A stretch of 64,000 nucleotides of DNA from Zygnema circumcarinatum SAG 698-1b (lineage: Eukaryota > Plantae > Zygnematophyceae): assembly GCA_037447605.1 (NCBI GenBank), contig CM074805.1, positions 2,389,361 to 2,453,360 on the forward strand. Direction: 5' to 3'. Position 1 is the first letter of the stretch. The number at the start of each line of letters is the position of its first letter. Below, one piece after another: positions 31,158 through 43,788 of the stretch. The notes under the pieces were generated by a model that worked only from the letters and a program-made list of their open reading frames with translations, was not told where the DNA came from and did not search any database. The position numbers and the translations under genes are program-made.

Positions 31158-34100
31158 ATGGCGCAGGAGGAGGGGATGTCGTTTCGTCAACTCATTCGCA
31201 ATCGTACGTGTGATGCTCATGTTTCTTCGCGGAAGATACTGGGGAAGACTAGGAGGATGTCATTTCGCATTGTTCTTGCTGCAGTGCGATGCAATCTGGG
31301 GCATTTGAGCACCAAGAATGTACGGGCCCACCTGTGCTTGGTGCTTCTTTGCAGGACTCCTGGTAGAAATGCTCCGCGGAGCGAAAGTTGCAGCGCAGGC
31401 TGACTGGCAGGTTGGTCCCTGACCTTTCTCTTGCAGGCCGATCGGTCAATGCATTTGTGTCGGCATTCCTCTGGAATGATAAGCACTGACACTGGCACTT
31501 ATGAGGGAAAGCTTACTGTTCGGCGGGATCCGTATGCTGCATTCGTTCACATTATTTCAACGCTTAAATACGGCAAGTTAAAGCAGCTGTGAAGGTCAAA
31601 CGTGGCCCAAACTTTTAAATCTTGTTAGAAAGGATTACTTGCTTCATGTGTACTATCACCCTCATAAGTCCCTCACTTGCCCTGTATATCACAGGTTTTG
31701 ATTGTAGACGAATACACCACTAAAATTATGTCATCTACTTGTCGAATGGCGGAGTTAACTGAAGAAGGTGTCTCTTGTAAGTCTCTCTTCCATGGATTTT
31801 TTTCCCGACTTTCATTCTGTATATCAAGTAAACTAATGCACATCAACTTCATTTAGAAATCACTTAAGGCAAGGCAAAGGGCATTGGGATAAACAATTCA
31901 ATTTTTCGCAAACAATCGCAGTGTGCTGCTGTGGATTTGATGGAAAGTGGTTTGAATTGGGCAAGGTTGCTGTAGCTGGAGCACATGCATGTAGATAGGG
32001 TTGGGCGTATAAAACTGCTTCCTGGGATTACTTTTGAGGGCAGTGGTGGAGGACTTGAATAAGAAACGACAACCACAGCCACTGCTGGATGCAGTGTATT
32101 TCATTCAACCATCCACACGCAGGTGTGCTTCAATGCCCGTGTGTCACGATCGATCGTGCAAGCAGTTTTAAGTTGCTCAATTATCTCTATAGGCACTGAT
32201 GGCTCTTTGGTTTTCTTTTTGGCAGCAGTTTCTAATGTGCAAGACTGTGTGTTTAACTTTCTGCAGCTTGCGAATTTTGGAGCAAGACATGGGAGGTTCA
32301 AAAGCACTTTATAGAAGGTGAAATTTTGTTTTTAGAAGAAAAGTCAACAGAATTGACGTACTTGCTGTGAATTTTGAAGTCATTGTAGGCGAACATGTAG
32401 CAAAAACTGTCAAACACGGCTGATTTGCCAACGGCTTATGTAGCAAATGGAGGTCTTTCCATAAACGAGCTCATTGGCAACTGGGGGTAGGGGGCTCGAC
32501 GGTGCAGAGTACACGTATTCTTTAGTTCCCCTGTGTCAAATGAGATTCTCCAATCTATTAAGGACAATATTAAGCTCCGGGAGCGCATGGCAGGCCTTAA
32601 AGAGGTATCTGTTACTTGCACTGTTGTTCAACTCTGGTAGAACGCTGGAGATGTTTGTGGAGCATGTTTTCTGTAATAAGTTTGTATGCAATAACGATAA
32701 GGCCGTTACCTTTTGTTGCGTTCATTTTCGTTTAAAAAAATTCAATAGGAGTGTGCCTGTAACAGAGGTGAGCAATCGATCCACAATCTCTGAGTGGAGA
32801 TGCCTTTACGGACCTTCCGATCTTTTGTGGTCAAAAACTAAGACAGGTTTGGGAAATCTCTGCTCTGTGCAGATGAATCTTGAGATTTCCACTGTTGACA
32901 TCCAGGTAGGTACCACCCGTCGCCTAATTTGTCAGTCAGATGTAGAGACTGAATTGATGATGTCATGTTGTTCCCGCTTCTCTTACCTCCCTTTCCTGAG
33001 CAGTTTTGTGGAGCTGTGCATACTGATACTTGTTGTCGAGCCATTCCTTAAAATTCTTGGCAGTTGCAGCGCTATGGTATGGGAAGGATAAAGGGGCGCT
33101 TTGGGCTGGCAGGGTTTTGTTACAGACCAAGACAATGCTCTTGTGGAGCTCTTTGCTGTTAAACAAAGTTACGAGCGGTGCATTGACGTAATGGCTACAC
33201 GACTTGCCACGGTTTTTGCGTCTCTTAAGGTGCTCCCAGTTCATTGTCCTTCGTGCTTCTTCTTCTACATCTCACGTATTCAGCAGTAAGGATGATGTTT
33301 GAGATGGTAGAGTCTAGCTATGGAGATTGAGGACGAACATGCTGCTGCATTGCTATGCCGTTTTACTAACTCTATATATATTAGAGTTGCTGAACGGTTG
33401 GATAATAGAAACCTGTTGTCTGTGCAAAAGCTCAATTCCCCAGACGTGTTTAACTTAAAAAATGAGTGGCCGTTGGGAAAGGTCATCTTCTCATGATTCT
33501 GTTATCACCGCTGCATTTTCACTTGCAGGAGTTTCCAGCAGTAAGGTATCGTGCAGCCAAGACTTCTAGCACAGAATCAGGAACTCCTGCACGTGCTCGA
33601 GACCTTGTGTCTACCAAACTGGCAGCGGCAGTATGGGATCGGCTTCTCAAGTACAAAGCAAAGCTGCCAGGATTTCCCCATAAGGACACTTGTGATCTTC
33701 TCATTGTTGACCGTTCCGTAGATCCGGTATGTCATGATTTTTATTGTCTTTTTCGAGCACTCAGGCAGTCTTTGACTTCGGCGTTCTATACTGCGAAGAT
33801 AAAGCGATGACTGCTCATGGATCAGAGAGGGTGAAATGCAAGGATGTCAGGTGACTCCTGTGATCCACGACTGGAGTTATGGCGGCCTCGCATTTGATGT
33901 TCTGGAGGAGAAGCTGGACGGCAATCGTTACACGCTTGAGGTCTGAGAATTGACTTTGGTGAAGAAGATGCCTTTGTGAATGAAGTTTAATTCTGTTTCT
34001 CTACAAAAGGTGTCACTGACTTGCATTGAAGCAGTTGGATTGTGCTTTGTTGGTCACCCGTTTCTTGGGTCCTGCTGCAGGTGAATACGGAGTCTGGCAA

Positions 34101-36938
34101 AACGGACAAGAGGGTTGTAATTCTGGATGAGCACGATAGCATGTGGATGGAACTCCGCGACCTATTCATTGCAGAGGTTTCTGCCATTCCTTTGTTGCAC
34201 TTTGCCTTAAATGGCTTGGTATGGTAGTGGATGGTAATTCGTGTATCGAATTTAATTTTCTTCTCTTGCGTATGTAAGGCACTTTTCTGCACCTTGAGGA
34301 ACGTTGCAATTGAGATTCTGTTGAATGGGGCGGCAGGCTTTGGAAAAGGTGACGACCTTGGCGTCAAAAATTGTCGCAAAACGATCACAGTGAGTTCTCT
34401 GCTTGCTCAATCAGTCTCCATACAATGTCTGAGCTTCTCGAAGCATTCTGAAAGACATAAAATCTGCATTGGTCTGGCAGCTCAAACATTCGCCGTCGTC
34501 CGATTCTATTTTGACTTACCCTCGTCTTCGTGTTGCTCATTTGGAAGTATTTCCTGCCTATCACAAGCAATGTCCATCCTGAACTGAGGCTCATGGCAGT
34601 GAGTGTCTGCAGGAAGGAGCTTTCGACAAGAGAGTTGAAAGAAGCCGTTGCGGTTTGTACACCACCCTTCTCAGCCATTATCAGCTTTTGGGCATTGGAA
34701 TTTAAGTAGCTAGTCTTTTCACTTTGGCTTATCAACGATCTTGTCTATTCATTCATGTTGGGCACCTTCGTGTTGTCTGCCTCTTCTGTGGTTCTTTCCA
34801 TAACGTGTTACAGACTCTTGGAAAATACAGTGAGCTGAAGGACAAGGTGGACCTCCACGTCAGTGTAAGGCTATCTCTTCTTTTAAATCCTTTCTCTTCT
34901 GTGGTAAGGTGTATATGCTTTCCGGATTTATTCTGGCTTTGTACTGCGATGCTTTCGTTTGCAGAAAACAGAAAGCTAGCAGCTAAATTTTCGATGGAAA
35001 CGATGGCAGATTGCAGGAACAGTGATGGAAACTGTTAAGAATGAAAATCTTATGGAGATTGGACTCCTTGAGCAAGGATTTGTGTTTGGCGATTCGACTG
35101 CGACATACAAGGAGCTTGCAAACCAGTACAAACTTCACAAAGATGTACGTTATGTCCCTGCTCTCTCTTCCCCATGCAGGGGAGGCGCAGATTGACTTCT
35201 GGTTCAACTTTCAAAGGACATGTTATGGATTTAACTCTGTGATGGGTACTGGATTGCAGGAAATGAGTGCAGAGACCAAAGTACGACTCTTAGGGGTGTA
35301 TGCTGCAACGCACCCAGAAAAGTTTGACCCATCAAGGCGTACGATCTGGAAGAATGTGTGTCATGAGTCTCCCCTACGTTCTTTTTGAGTGAGGCTGGTT
35401 GAACCAGCTGCCACGTGAACTGAACATTTTTTTGTACGGTGTTCGTTTGCAGACAGCTGAAATACCCGACAGAGAAATGCGCGCAGTGATGAATCTTGAC
35501 CTCCTCGGTGTGAAGGCCTCAAATGAGTCACAAGCAAAAACGACGCTTACTTTTGGGAAGCGATCGGTGGGTTAAAGTTCCCTTAGAACTGTAATAACAT
35601 GTTGTAACCTGGCGCAGCACTGGAAATGTGCCTTTCCATGAAACCTCATATTTATGCTGCGATTTTTGCGATTTTGCAAGTGACTCAAGGTCGGCAGCCT
35701 GGAGAATGCAGGCAAAAGCCGTCCTCAGGGAGGAACGCAACACTAGTGACTCTGGATGGAAACTCATGCGCTTTTATCCGGCCATACATGTATGTTTTCC
35801 ATAAGCCTGCTGTTCCTGCTTCGAAGCAGATTAAATGTCGCAGTGTTGAGGCACTTCGCTCACATAGCATGCTCGTGTGAGTGTCTGTGGAGGCAGGACC
35901 TGCTGGATGACATGAACAGCGACAAGCTGGACAAAGAGGCATACCCATATGTACAGGAGCCTAAGGGTGGGAGTGAGAGCCGGCAAGTTGCCTCTATGCG
36001 TGGAGGAAGCTCGTCAGGAAGCCAAGGGTCATGGGCTGGCAAGAGCAGGAGAACCACGGGCTCATCTTCAGCGGCAAGTGATCCCGGGTGAGGACAGGAT
36101 ATTCTAACGCCTTGAACTTGGTGTCTGCTTTCAAGCTGCAATATCTTCGTGATTTCTGGCTTTAGTTCAGTCCCTGCAGGAGCTGCAACTTGCATGTAGC
36201 TCTGACTTGTTGGGTCTGGGACTGCTCTAACCATAACGATGGTCTTGACTAGATGGAAGCATTAGAGCAAGAGAGATGATGAGTTGGAGTCTGGCATGAC
36301 CCCATTGCCGACCTAACATAATGTTTTGCTTGGCTTAAATTTTTGTGGTTGGGGCTTTTCAGTGCGGGATCGGTGAATGTACCCAAAGGACGGCGATTGT
36401 TCGTGTTCATCATTGGTGGAATGACACGCTCAGAAGTATGCTGCCTCTCATTCTGTTTTGCACCTCCCTTCACGGACTTGCCAGCGTGCTACAAACGAAG
36501 TGTGAACTGCTATGTTTGCATAGAAAAGGAGATTGTGGGCAGCTTGGCAAATTTGAGCTCTTTCAGTCACTGACGTTGATTCCATGGAGGGACCGCAGCT
36601 GCGAGTGGCACATGTGCTGAGCACTCAACTAAAACGTGAGGTGATAGTGGGCTCGTCATGGCTGGAAACGCCAACTCACTTCTTGGACGTGAGTCATGCC
36701 CTTATTCATCATATTGCATTTTAATACCTGGCACTAGTTTGATGTTTCCATTCGCTAGTCGTAGGCAGAAAGGTGCGTTTATACTGGACCGCCTACGTTC
36801 TTGTGAAACGAGGGGTTAATGGGTCCAATCTACCCTAACAGAGTTCGTGAAGCCTTTGTTAGGATAGTTAGTAGCAAGACCTAACCTGGCTGATTCTTTC
36901 TGCCTGTGCAGAAACTGCGGGATTTGGCAGAGGATTGA
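31158..36938 (+). CDS. SEC1: Sec1/Munc18 (SM) family protein, KEULE/SEC1-like, multi-exon
   Basis: Exons: MAQEEGMSFRQLIRN, VLIVDEYTTKIMSSTCRMAELTEEGVSL, VEDLNKKRQPQPLLDAVYFIQP, RLATVFASLK/EFPAVRYRAAK, TCDLLIVDRSVDP, DEHDSMWMELRDLFIAE, LLEQGFVFGD, GRRLFVFIIGGMTRSE/LRVAHVLSTQLKREVIVGSS. Stop TGA at 36936-36938. Confidence 0.95.
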
Positions 36939-37800
36939 CTTGACTGCTCCCACTCTGCACGCGCTATTGGAGATGAATACAAATATCCAGCTGACAGTGC
37001 TGCTTTCCGCTTTTTCGGCAGGAACTGTCCTTTAGCTTGAAGGGTCACGCATTTGTATGGTTTCGAAAGGCCGGCTTATGTCATCTGCTCTGAAAATTGG
37101 GGAACGGCGTAGCTCTCTTTGCGACAATCATATATTGATGAAGCAGTTGAGCCATTGGCAGTGTGGGTCTGCCTTGAATGAAGACTGCGGATCTTGGCGA
37201 GCAGGTCAGGCAGTGCTGCCTCTCTCAGTCATTCAGCCTTCAATTGAAAGGCTGTGCTCCCTTATCTGATATTGCCTTCTCTCCTTAGTCTCACTGGACA
37301 GCAGCTGAGCGGAGGCCCCTAGGTGGCCCCATTTGATGTCGCCCAGGTGACCGAAGGGAACTTTACTGAATTGTATTTCTTTAAAGAAAAAACTGAGGCT
37401 CGGCGCTGCTGCCTCCTGTTGGTTTCTTTTTATGTATATTCTATTATAGTTGAAGTCTGGGAACGTGCTTTTTTGTCGACTACGAAGAGTTGGAATGGGA
37501 TGTCTTGTTTTTGGCAGTGGGCACAAGCTCAGACCGAGCCCTTCTGGAGATTCTGGCAGGCACAGCAGCGGTGAAGAGAGGATTCAGCAAAGTGGATCAT
37601 GGATCATGGTGGCCATCCAAGTGAGGCTAACCTCGCTTTTGCCCCAAATAGGGGGGGTCAGACATTGACCATGGCCAAATCAATTTAGTAAGCCTGTCGG
37701 GCGAATTATGCATTGACGAGGTACGCATTTCGGTACGCCTGTGTACAGCGGAGCCGCGGATCCCAACCGGTATTCGTACACGAAGCTTTTGACTTTAGTA

Positions 37801-38271
37801 CAGTAGACCCCCCCAATATTTTCGCCCCTCTTATTTTCGCTACCCAATATTTTCGCCCTGATTTTGCCAAAACCACTTTTTTGTACGGACGTCTGTGTTA
37901 GCCGTACTGGCCGTATTAGCCGTACTATACTAGCCTTACGAGCCGTACTAGTCGTATTAGCCGTACTGTAGTAGCCGTACTATTCGTATTAGCCGTACTG
38001 TACTAGGCTTACTAGCCGTACTAGCTGTACTAGCCGTCACGGGCTCACCGACTCTTCCCGCAGGTGCCGCCGTAAGAGGGGCTCGCTCCTCACCACTTTC
38101 TTCTTGGCTTCGATACGATACGATACTATACGATCTGGACGGACAAACAGCAACTCTAACATAATACCGCCCGCCTACTGTTAACACGGACACCTTATAT
38201 TTTCGCTACCCAGTATTTTCGCCCAATAATATTTACCGAAACCATGGCGAAAATATTGGGGGGATCTACTG
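37801..38271. mobile_element. MITE-like element (471 bp), Tc1/mariner-pogo-type ends, TA target duplication
   Basis: Left end CAGTAGACCCCCCCAATATTTTCGCC (37801-37826). The right end (38246-38271) reverse-complements to CAGTAGATCCCCCCAATATTTTCGCC, a 25/26 match. TA flanks both sides (37799-37800, 38272-38273). No coding capacity. Confidence 0.85.
37898..38040. repeat. Degenerate TAGCCGTAC minisatellite inside the inner MITE
   Basis: Repeated tagccgtac / tagccgtat / tagtcgtat variants. Exact CCGTAC starts at 37902, 37920, 37943, 37961, 37975, 37993 and 38016. Confidence 0.85.
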
Positions 38272-38767
38272 TATACTAAATTCGGGAATTTCGTACGGCC
38301 ATGGTCAATGTCTGATCCCCTCTAATCCATTGCAATGGAAAATAGAATTGTTTTGGAGCCCAAAGGAACCACTTCCCCAAAAAATGGACTGTGAGGGTAA
38401 AATCATCCGTCTCTGCATTGCGGTGCAAGCCCCTCTCTAGTCTGGGGTGGAAAAATGAGGCTACCAATAACAATGTGTGGCAGACAATGACATCGAAGCA
38501 AGCAGCTACAAAATCGCAACAGCCGCCTTGTCACATATAGTCCTGTCAGGTTTTAAAATCCTGTGCATTGGTCAAACCTAAGCATGGTCATGTGTTCGCC
38601 CTTCCCCAGCTTTGACTGACCGCGGGAACTAACAGAAATTTACGGAACTCTGCTTCGAAGTAGTGAAGATTACGAAGATGAAAAGCCACGCCCTCATCAC
38701 AATGTAATCACAGGAGCTGCCTTTAACTCCACAAAATTAAGTACCGTAACTATCGCTGCGGAACACT

Positions 38768-41700
38768 TCAATTGCCTGAATGCGAGACAGGGGTTGTCAC
38801 GAAGTTCCCATCTTTGAACGAATGGGAGTACTGCTCAGGCAACGCATGCTCCACCTGCACATCAAAACACCCTTCGAAGTCAACGGACGAGCCTCTACAC
38901 ATAAACTGAAAAAACTCCATCTCCCACTAACGCTTTAACAACATCATGGCCCGGTCAGTGTTCGACGACCCCAAAAGCAGATGCTTTCCCTGGAGGTAAC
39001 ATCCCATTGTTACTGCATTAGGTCAAAACCCTCGTCCTCCCCGAAGGCAGAGATGGGGCCTTACTGGATCAGCATCCTCCCCCTTGCCAGGCACAAGCAC
39101 GTTCACTTCGCTCGACTTCGCAGTTGTGATGGATGCTCCGAGGGATGCTTCGCTCAGGAACAGCTGGCAGCCACTCGTATTATCGACCGCCAATGTTGGT
39201 GCAATACCCTGCAGCCATGGAAGAAGCATTTTAGGACGAGGTCGGCAGGTATTAAAGAGCACGTTTTTACCACACAGAGAAGGTTGTTCCCGTTACACTC
39301 GCAAGTGCTTCCCATGTTACAGTACAGCCTTGTCTATTTTGTTTGCAAGGCTGTACAAGGGCTACATCAGTCATTCAAATACTGGTCAGATGAAGATGCT
39401 TTTAACTCAAGCCAGCATGACGATTCAGATTCTTTGTTGCTCTGTGCTCTCCAACTTCTTATTGCGTCCTCTACCGTTCCATAGTTAGCAGGCGTGGCTA
39501 CCCACCTCACACTGCACCTCCACGCTGGTGCAGTTCACAACCTCACAGGAGGCCACCACGTCCTGCCATCCTTTCGCATACCCGTATTGGAATCTACTCT
39601 TTCATATCACCCATTAGTGTCCATCTCTTTAATCGTTAAGCCCTCTAGCTTTCCAAAATGAAGAAAGAAAATCATTCTGCAGCAAAAAAAACCTGAAAGT
39701 TCCCCTATCAATCAATACGCATTTTTGTGAATTCTGCTTCCTTGAAAGGGTAACGCGAATGAACCTCAGCAGTTTTTGGAGTCATTCCTATTTCCTACCT
39801 GAAATATGAGACCCGTCTTTGTGCATTTATCAAGCGCAATGCCGTTGACTTTGCCTGTGTTAAAAAGTAAGGAGAATAAAATCAGCTGCAATGAAGAAGG
39901 TGCAGAAGTGAAGCTAAAGAGAGGAAGGCACATACAAGACAACAGGAGCCTTCAGCATCTAAGAAGCAAAAGGCCTCCAAATCTACCTTCGAAAAACTAT
40001 TTATACTCAATTGATGTGCCCCATAGTCTTGCCCAACTACATCACAAGGACAATACAAATGCTGTGAAAATCGTTTGGTTAAGTTAGCCAAGCAATATGA
40101 GAAAGGTGGGTACAGAAAAGGAAGGTGCAAGCAAAGGAGCCAAAATATTTCGCTGCTACCTTTTATTTGAATGACACAGTTCTTGCAGCCATATATGTAC
40201 ACTGTTTGGCGCGGAGTCGTGTCTGTCACCACCAGGTCCTTCCTGTCAATCTGATTCTCCACAACCCATCTGCACAGCTTCAAGAAACTTACAAAACAAA
40301 TAAGTTGGCGGATGGAATGAGCACACACTTTGACGGAGACTGCTGACACATGAAATTCCATCTGTCGGTTCAAACAGATCTTTGTAAACACTGCGATGCA
40401 AATAGGACAAAGCTATTCTCTCCCCGACTTTACTAGCATGAAATACAACGCATGTAGCGGTAAATTTAATCTTTGACGAATCCAACAGATAAGAACCAAC
40501 ACACAAATGGGAAGTTCTTGAATAAGAGCAACAGCGGAATTGTAGTAGGACGCACTTTCGCCCTTGTTGGAGTTCAAACACAGGAGGCAGCGCTTTCTTG
40601 GGAGCGGAAGATACAGAAGTGGCGACGGACGATGTTGGAGTGGCGGTTGGGGCAGGCACGCTGCCCGTACGGTCTGTACGATTTTTTGTCTTCATGTCCG
40701 CTGTCACCTTGCGGAGTCCTGCAGACCAGCACTATTTTCTGCTTCAGGATTTCCAGAGAACCAATCAATCAATGCTGGTCGAAGCTTGGCATCACCAGTA
40801 CACGTATAGAAGGAAAAAAGGTTCAGGTCAAAGGAAAAAAGCAACACAGAGAAGGTGGGAAGGTCAGAGAGTTATCCATGACACAATCCCGCAACTCCCA
40901 AGCGTGCTAACGTTTTTTTTTTTCAAATCAAATCTACACACAAAAGAAGAACCAAAGGGGATCCTTCGCCTCCTTCATCCCCATCTTAGGGAGCTGACAT
41001 TCTGCCACTGTTCTGCTTTCTGCTGACTCTTTACCGAAACCAGGGGAACGACGCAGCAAACGAATTGCACATTGTTTCATCCAAATCTTTGTATATTACG
41101 TAGATTTCATGTTTCATCCACCGGAAGCCCCCTCCTCCGGTGCACGCACACATGAAAGTACGACCTGCTAGCGGATAGTTTCATTGAACCTCAGTCAAGA
41201 TGGCCTCCCACCTGAAGTCACAGCTTCGCCCTGATTGATGGCTGCAAAGATTTTGCTCATGTCTGCTGCTCCGCCCTGCGTCGCAGGTGCAGCTCCTGCA
41301 GTGGAGAATGCGACAGGTGGAGGGGGAGGGGGGGGGGGAGGGGGCGGAGGGGGCAAAGGAGGGGGTGCTGCCGGCTTTGCTGCCTCGTTAGGTTGGACAG
41401 GTGCAGAAGCTTCCAGCTGTGAAACAGGAATGCCATTTGGGTTCCATGAAGGGCCTTGAGGATGATGGCGACGAACGTAATCGCGCAGCTTTGGCATAAA
41501 AACGTCCTTCAAAGCTTTTGCCCACTCTACATGGTCAGGGTTCTTGTTCCTATGCTCCACCAACACCTGCACAACTCAGAATGCTGCAGGAACATTGAGA
41601 GTCCAGCCCCAGTGTGCGCGGAGCATGCACTAATACAAGGACGGAAACGGGTGAAACATGGCATTGGGGACACTGCATAACCGAGAAGAAGGTCCTAACA

Positions 41701-43604
41701 AGACGGGAAATTGCTTTCGCTTCTCTAGTTATCCTAAGCTTTCTGTTCAACCAATAGTCCAGCACTACCTAAAAGGCGGATGCACCCAGTACTATGGCAA
41801 AAATTGGAAAATGCTGAAAAAACAGCTTTTGCAATTGTGGCATACAAAAAGGGTCCAGTCTGAGATAACTGGCATTAATAATTTTTCAAGGAAGTCACAA
41901 AAATGGAACACTCAAAAAAATAGTCTGTCCAAGCCATTTGCTGAAGACCTTTAGCTCCATTCCATTCTACGAGTATTCTATTGATTCGTAAGTTTCAACA
42001 AGTTTCTGCACAGCTCTCGGAGCCTCACTCATTTCAATATCTCTTCTCATAGCAGAATTGATAATGTAAAACCATTTAGCGTATGTTAGATTTCACCCGT
42101 ATTGCTTAACTTCTAATTTCTGATCAAACCACCTGACAAAAACGGGAAACTTTAAAGATGGGAAACTTCTAGTCCTCTAAATCCACAAGGAATGCCCAAG
42201 TCTATCACAATTCTATCCCTCTCTGCATTGGTTTCCCAACTAAAGCTTCTGTTCCTACTTAAGGGAGGGATGATGAACAGGCCTGGGCTCGCTAAGCTCA
42301 CCTTGTTGACGTAGAATTCAGCTGAGCCCCAGGTTTCCTCCACGTGGGCTGCTGGCAAGCTCATGCCTAAACATTCCAATGCCTCCCCCCACAGCATCCT
42401 AGAACAAATTAATTGTTTAATTTTCAGACAAGCTGTTCGCCTCATAGGTGGAACTAGAAAGAAACAAGTGAAGTGCTCTTCCTGCAACTTGCCGTCCCTC
42501 GCAAAGTAGCATGTGCAAGGGAACGAGTTGAGAAGCGACAGCTCCCAACACAACAATTGCGAACGTACAGGACTACTCTCAGCGTAGCAGGAATGGGGCT
42601 CAAAATTTCCTTAGCGCAATGGTTTTGGAATACATGAAAGGACTCAAAACTGATAAAAATTCATAAAAACCCTGACCTTTTCGTCCACAACTCCGTCCAA
42701 TCACATATGACCAGCAAAATTTCAAGCCATTAGGACTTGACGATCACATGGCCCGGTTGACGTTTTTCTCTCACAATTGCACTAGGACGAAAGAAAAAGC
42801 GAGAGGTTCAACCACCAGAACAAATAAATGAATGTCCTTACCGCAGTCCTTTCCGGTGTATAGCACCCAAGTGAGAGCCATGAGGCTCTCTGGAATAGCT
42901 TTCAGATGGTTAAAAAACTCAGTCCTCTTGCCCTCCGTCAAAGCATTCGCTTTTCCCATTTGCTCTGCAATGGGATTAAGCAACTTTTGCAGCTCCTCTG
43001 CCTCTGGCTTCTGTTTCACAATGTACACTTCCCAGAAAGAGGCTTGTCAAGTTATGCCCTTTTCCGTGATCAAGCAAAGCACGGTCGATAGAGAAAGTAC
43101 AAAGTATTAAAGCCCTAAAGAAACTCAAATTGTAAGCGATGTGTGAACAGATGAGTGAATGCACTAATCATATGAAGGGTCATTGGAATGGGCTGGCAAT
43201 GTGACAACAAAAGATGGAAATGGAGACCGAAAAATATAAAGTAGCGTAAATATCAGGGATCGAATGAAAAAAAACCAAAACTTCAGCATTCCGTTCCGCC
43301 TGTGCACCTTGCATTGTGCCACTGCAACTATCACGTTGCGCTCCGCCTGCAGTGCTGCCTCCAAGACACGTGTGGCATCCACCACCTTCCCCCCAAGCTT
43401 CTCTGCTGCGGCGAGCACACGCGGCAGTACTTCCTCGAGAAGCTCATCGAACGCGGCCACTGAGGGGGGAGCAGCGGCTGCCTCGAGAGGAGGCCCACTG
43501 TCTGCAACCACGGCAGCCTGCGGAGCGCCTCCTCCCACCGCCTCCAGTCGCGCCACAGCCGCCTCCAGGCGCGCCACAAGGCCCTCCAGCTGCGCGGAAG
43601 CCAT
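38768..43604 (-). CDS. CAP1: Adenylyl cyclase-associated protein (actin regulator)
   Basis: Exons encode the MASAQLEGLVARLEAAVARLE RLE motif, FFNHLKAIPESLMALTWV, MSLPAAHVEETWGSAEFYVNK, a poly-Pro run, the WH2-like LRKVTADMKTKNR, WVVENQ, GKVNGIALDKC and APTLAVDNTSGCQLFLS..ITTAKSSEVNV. The last exon is VEHALPEQY...TTPVSHSGN*. Confidence 0.95.
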
Positions 43605-43741
43605 GGCGGGCGAGACCTCGGACCTGCGCGGCAGCGCCTTCAAACGTTCTCGTCAACCGCCGGCTCCGGTCCTCCCCCTCCCCCTCGTCCGTACGGCCGC
43701 CATGCATGGCCGCATGCCCATGGACTCATGGACCCATCTGG

Positions 43742-43788
43742 GGATGATGGATGATGGATGGATGGAGGGATGGATGGATGGATGGATG
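43742..43788. repeat. (GGAT)n-like microsatellite upstream of CAP1
   Basis: ggatgatggatgatggatggatggagggatggatggatggatggatg. Confidence 0.85.

Larger units (their letters stand above)
37650..38323. mobile_element. Outer MITE-like element (about 200 bp net) interrupted by the inner MITE
   Basis: Left AGGGGGGGTCAGACATTGACCATGGCC (37650-37676) and right end (38297-38323) reverse-complementing to AGAGGGGATCAGACATTGACCATGGCC, a 25/27 match. The flanks fit either an AAT 3-bp or a TA 2-bp duplication. Confidence 0.75.

Noticed and set aside
34354-34367. 14-bp match GACCTTGGCGTCAA shared with 44384-44397
   Set aside because: One copy is inside a SEC1 exon. A single 14-mer match is expected by chance in 64 kb.
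37898-38040. Repeat array considered as CRISPR-like
   Set aside because: The units are adjacent 9-mers without unique spacers, there are no cas genes, and the context is eukaryotic.
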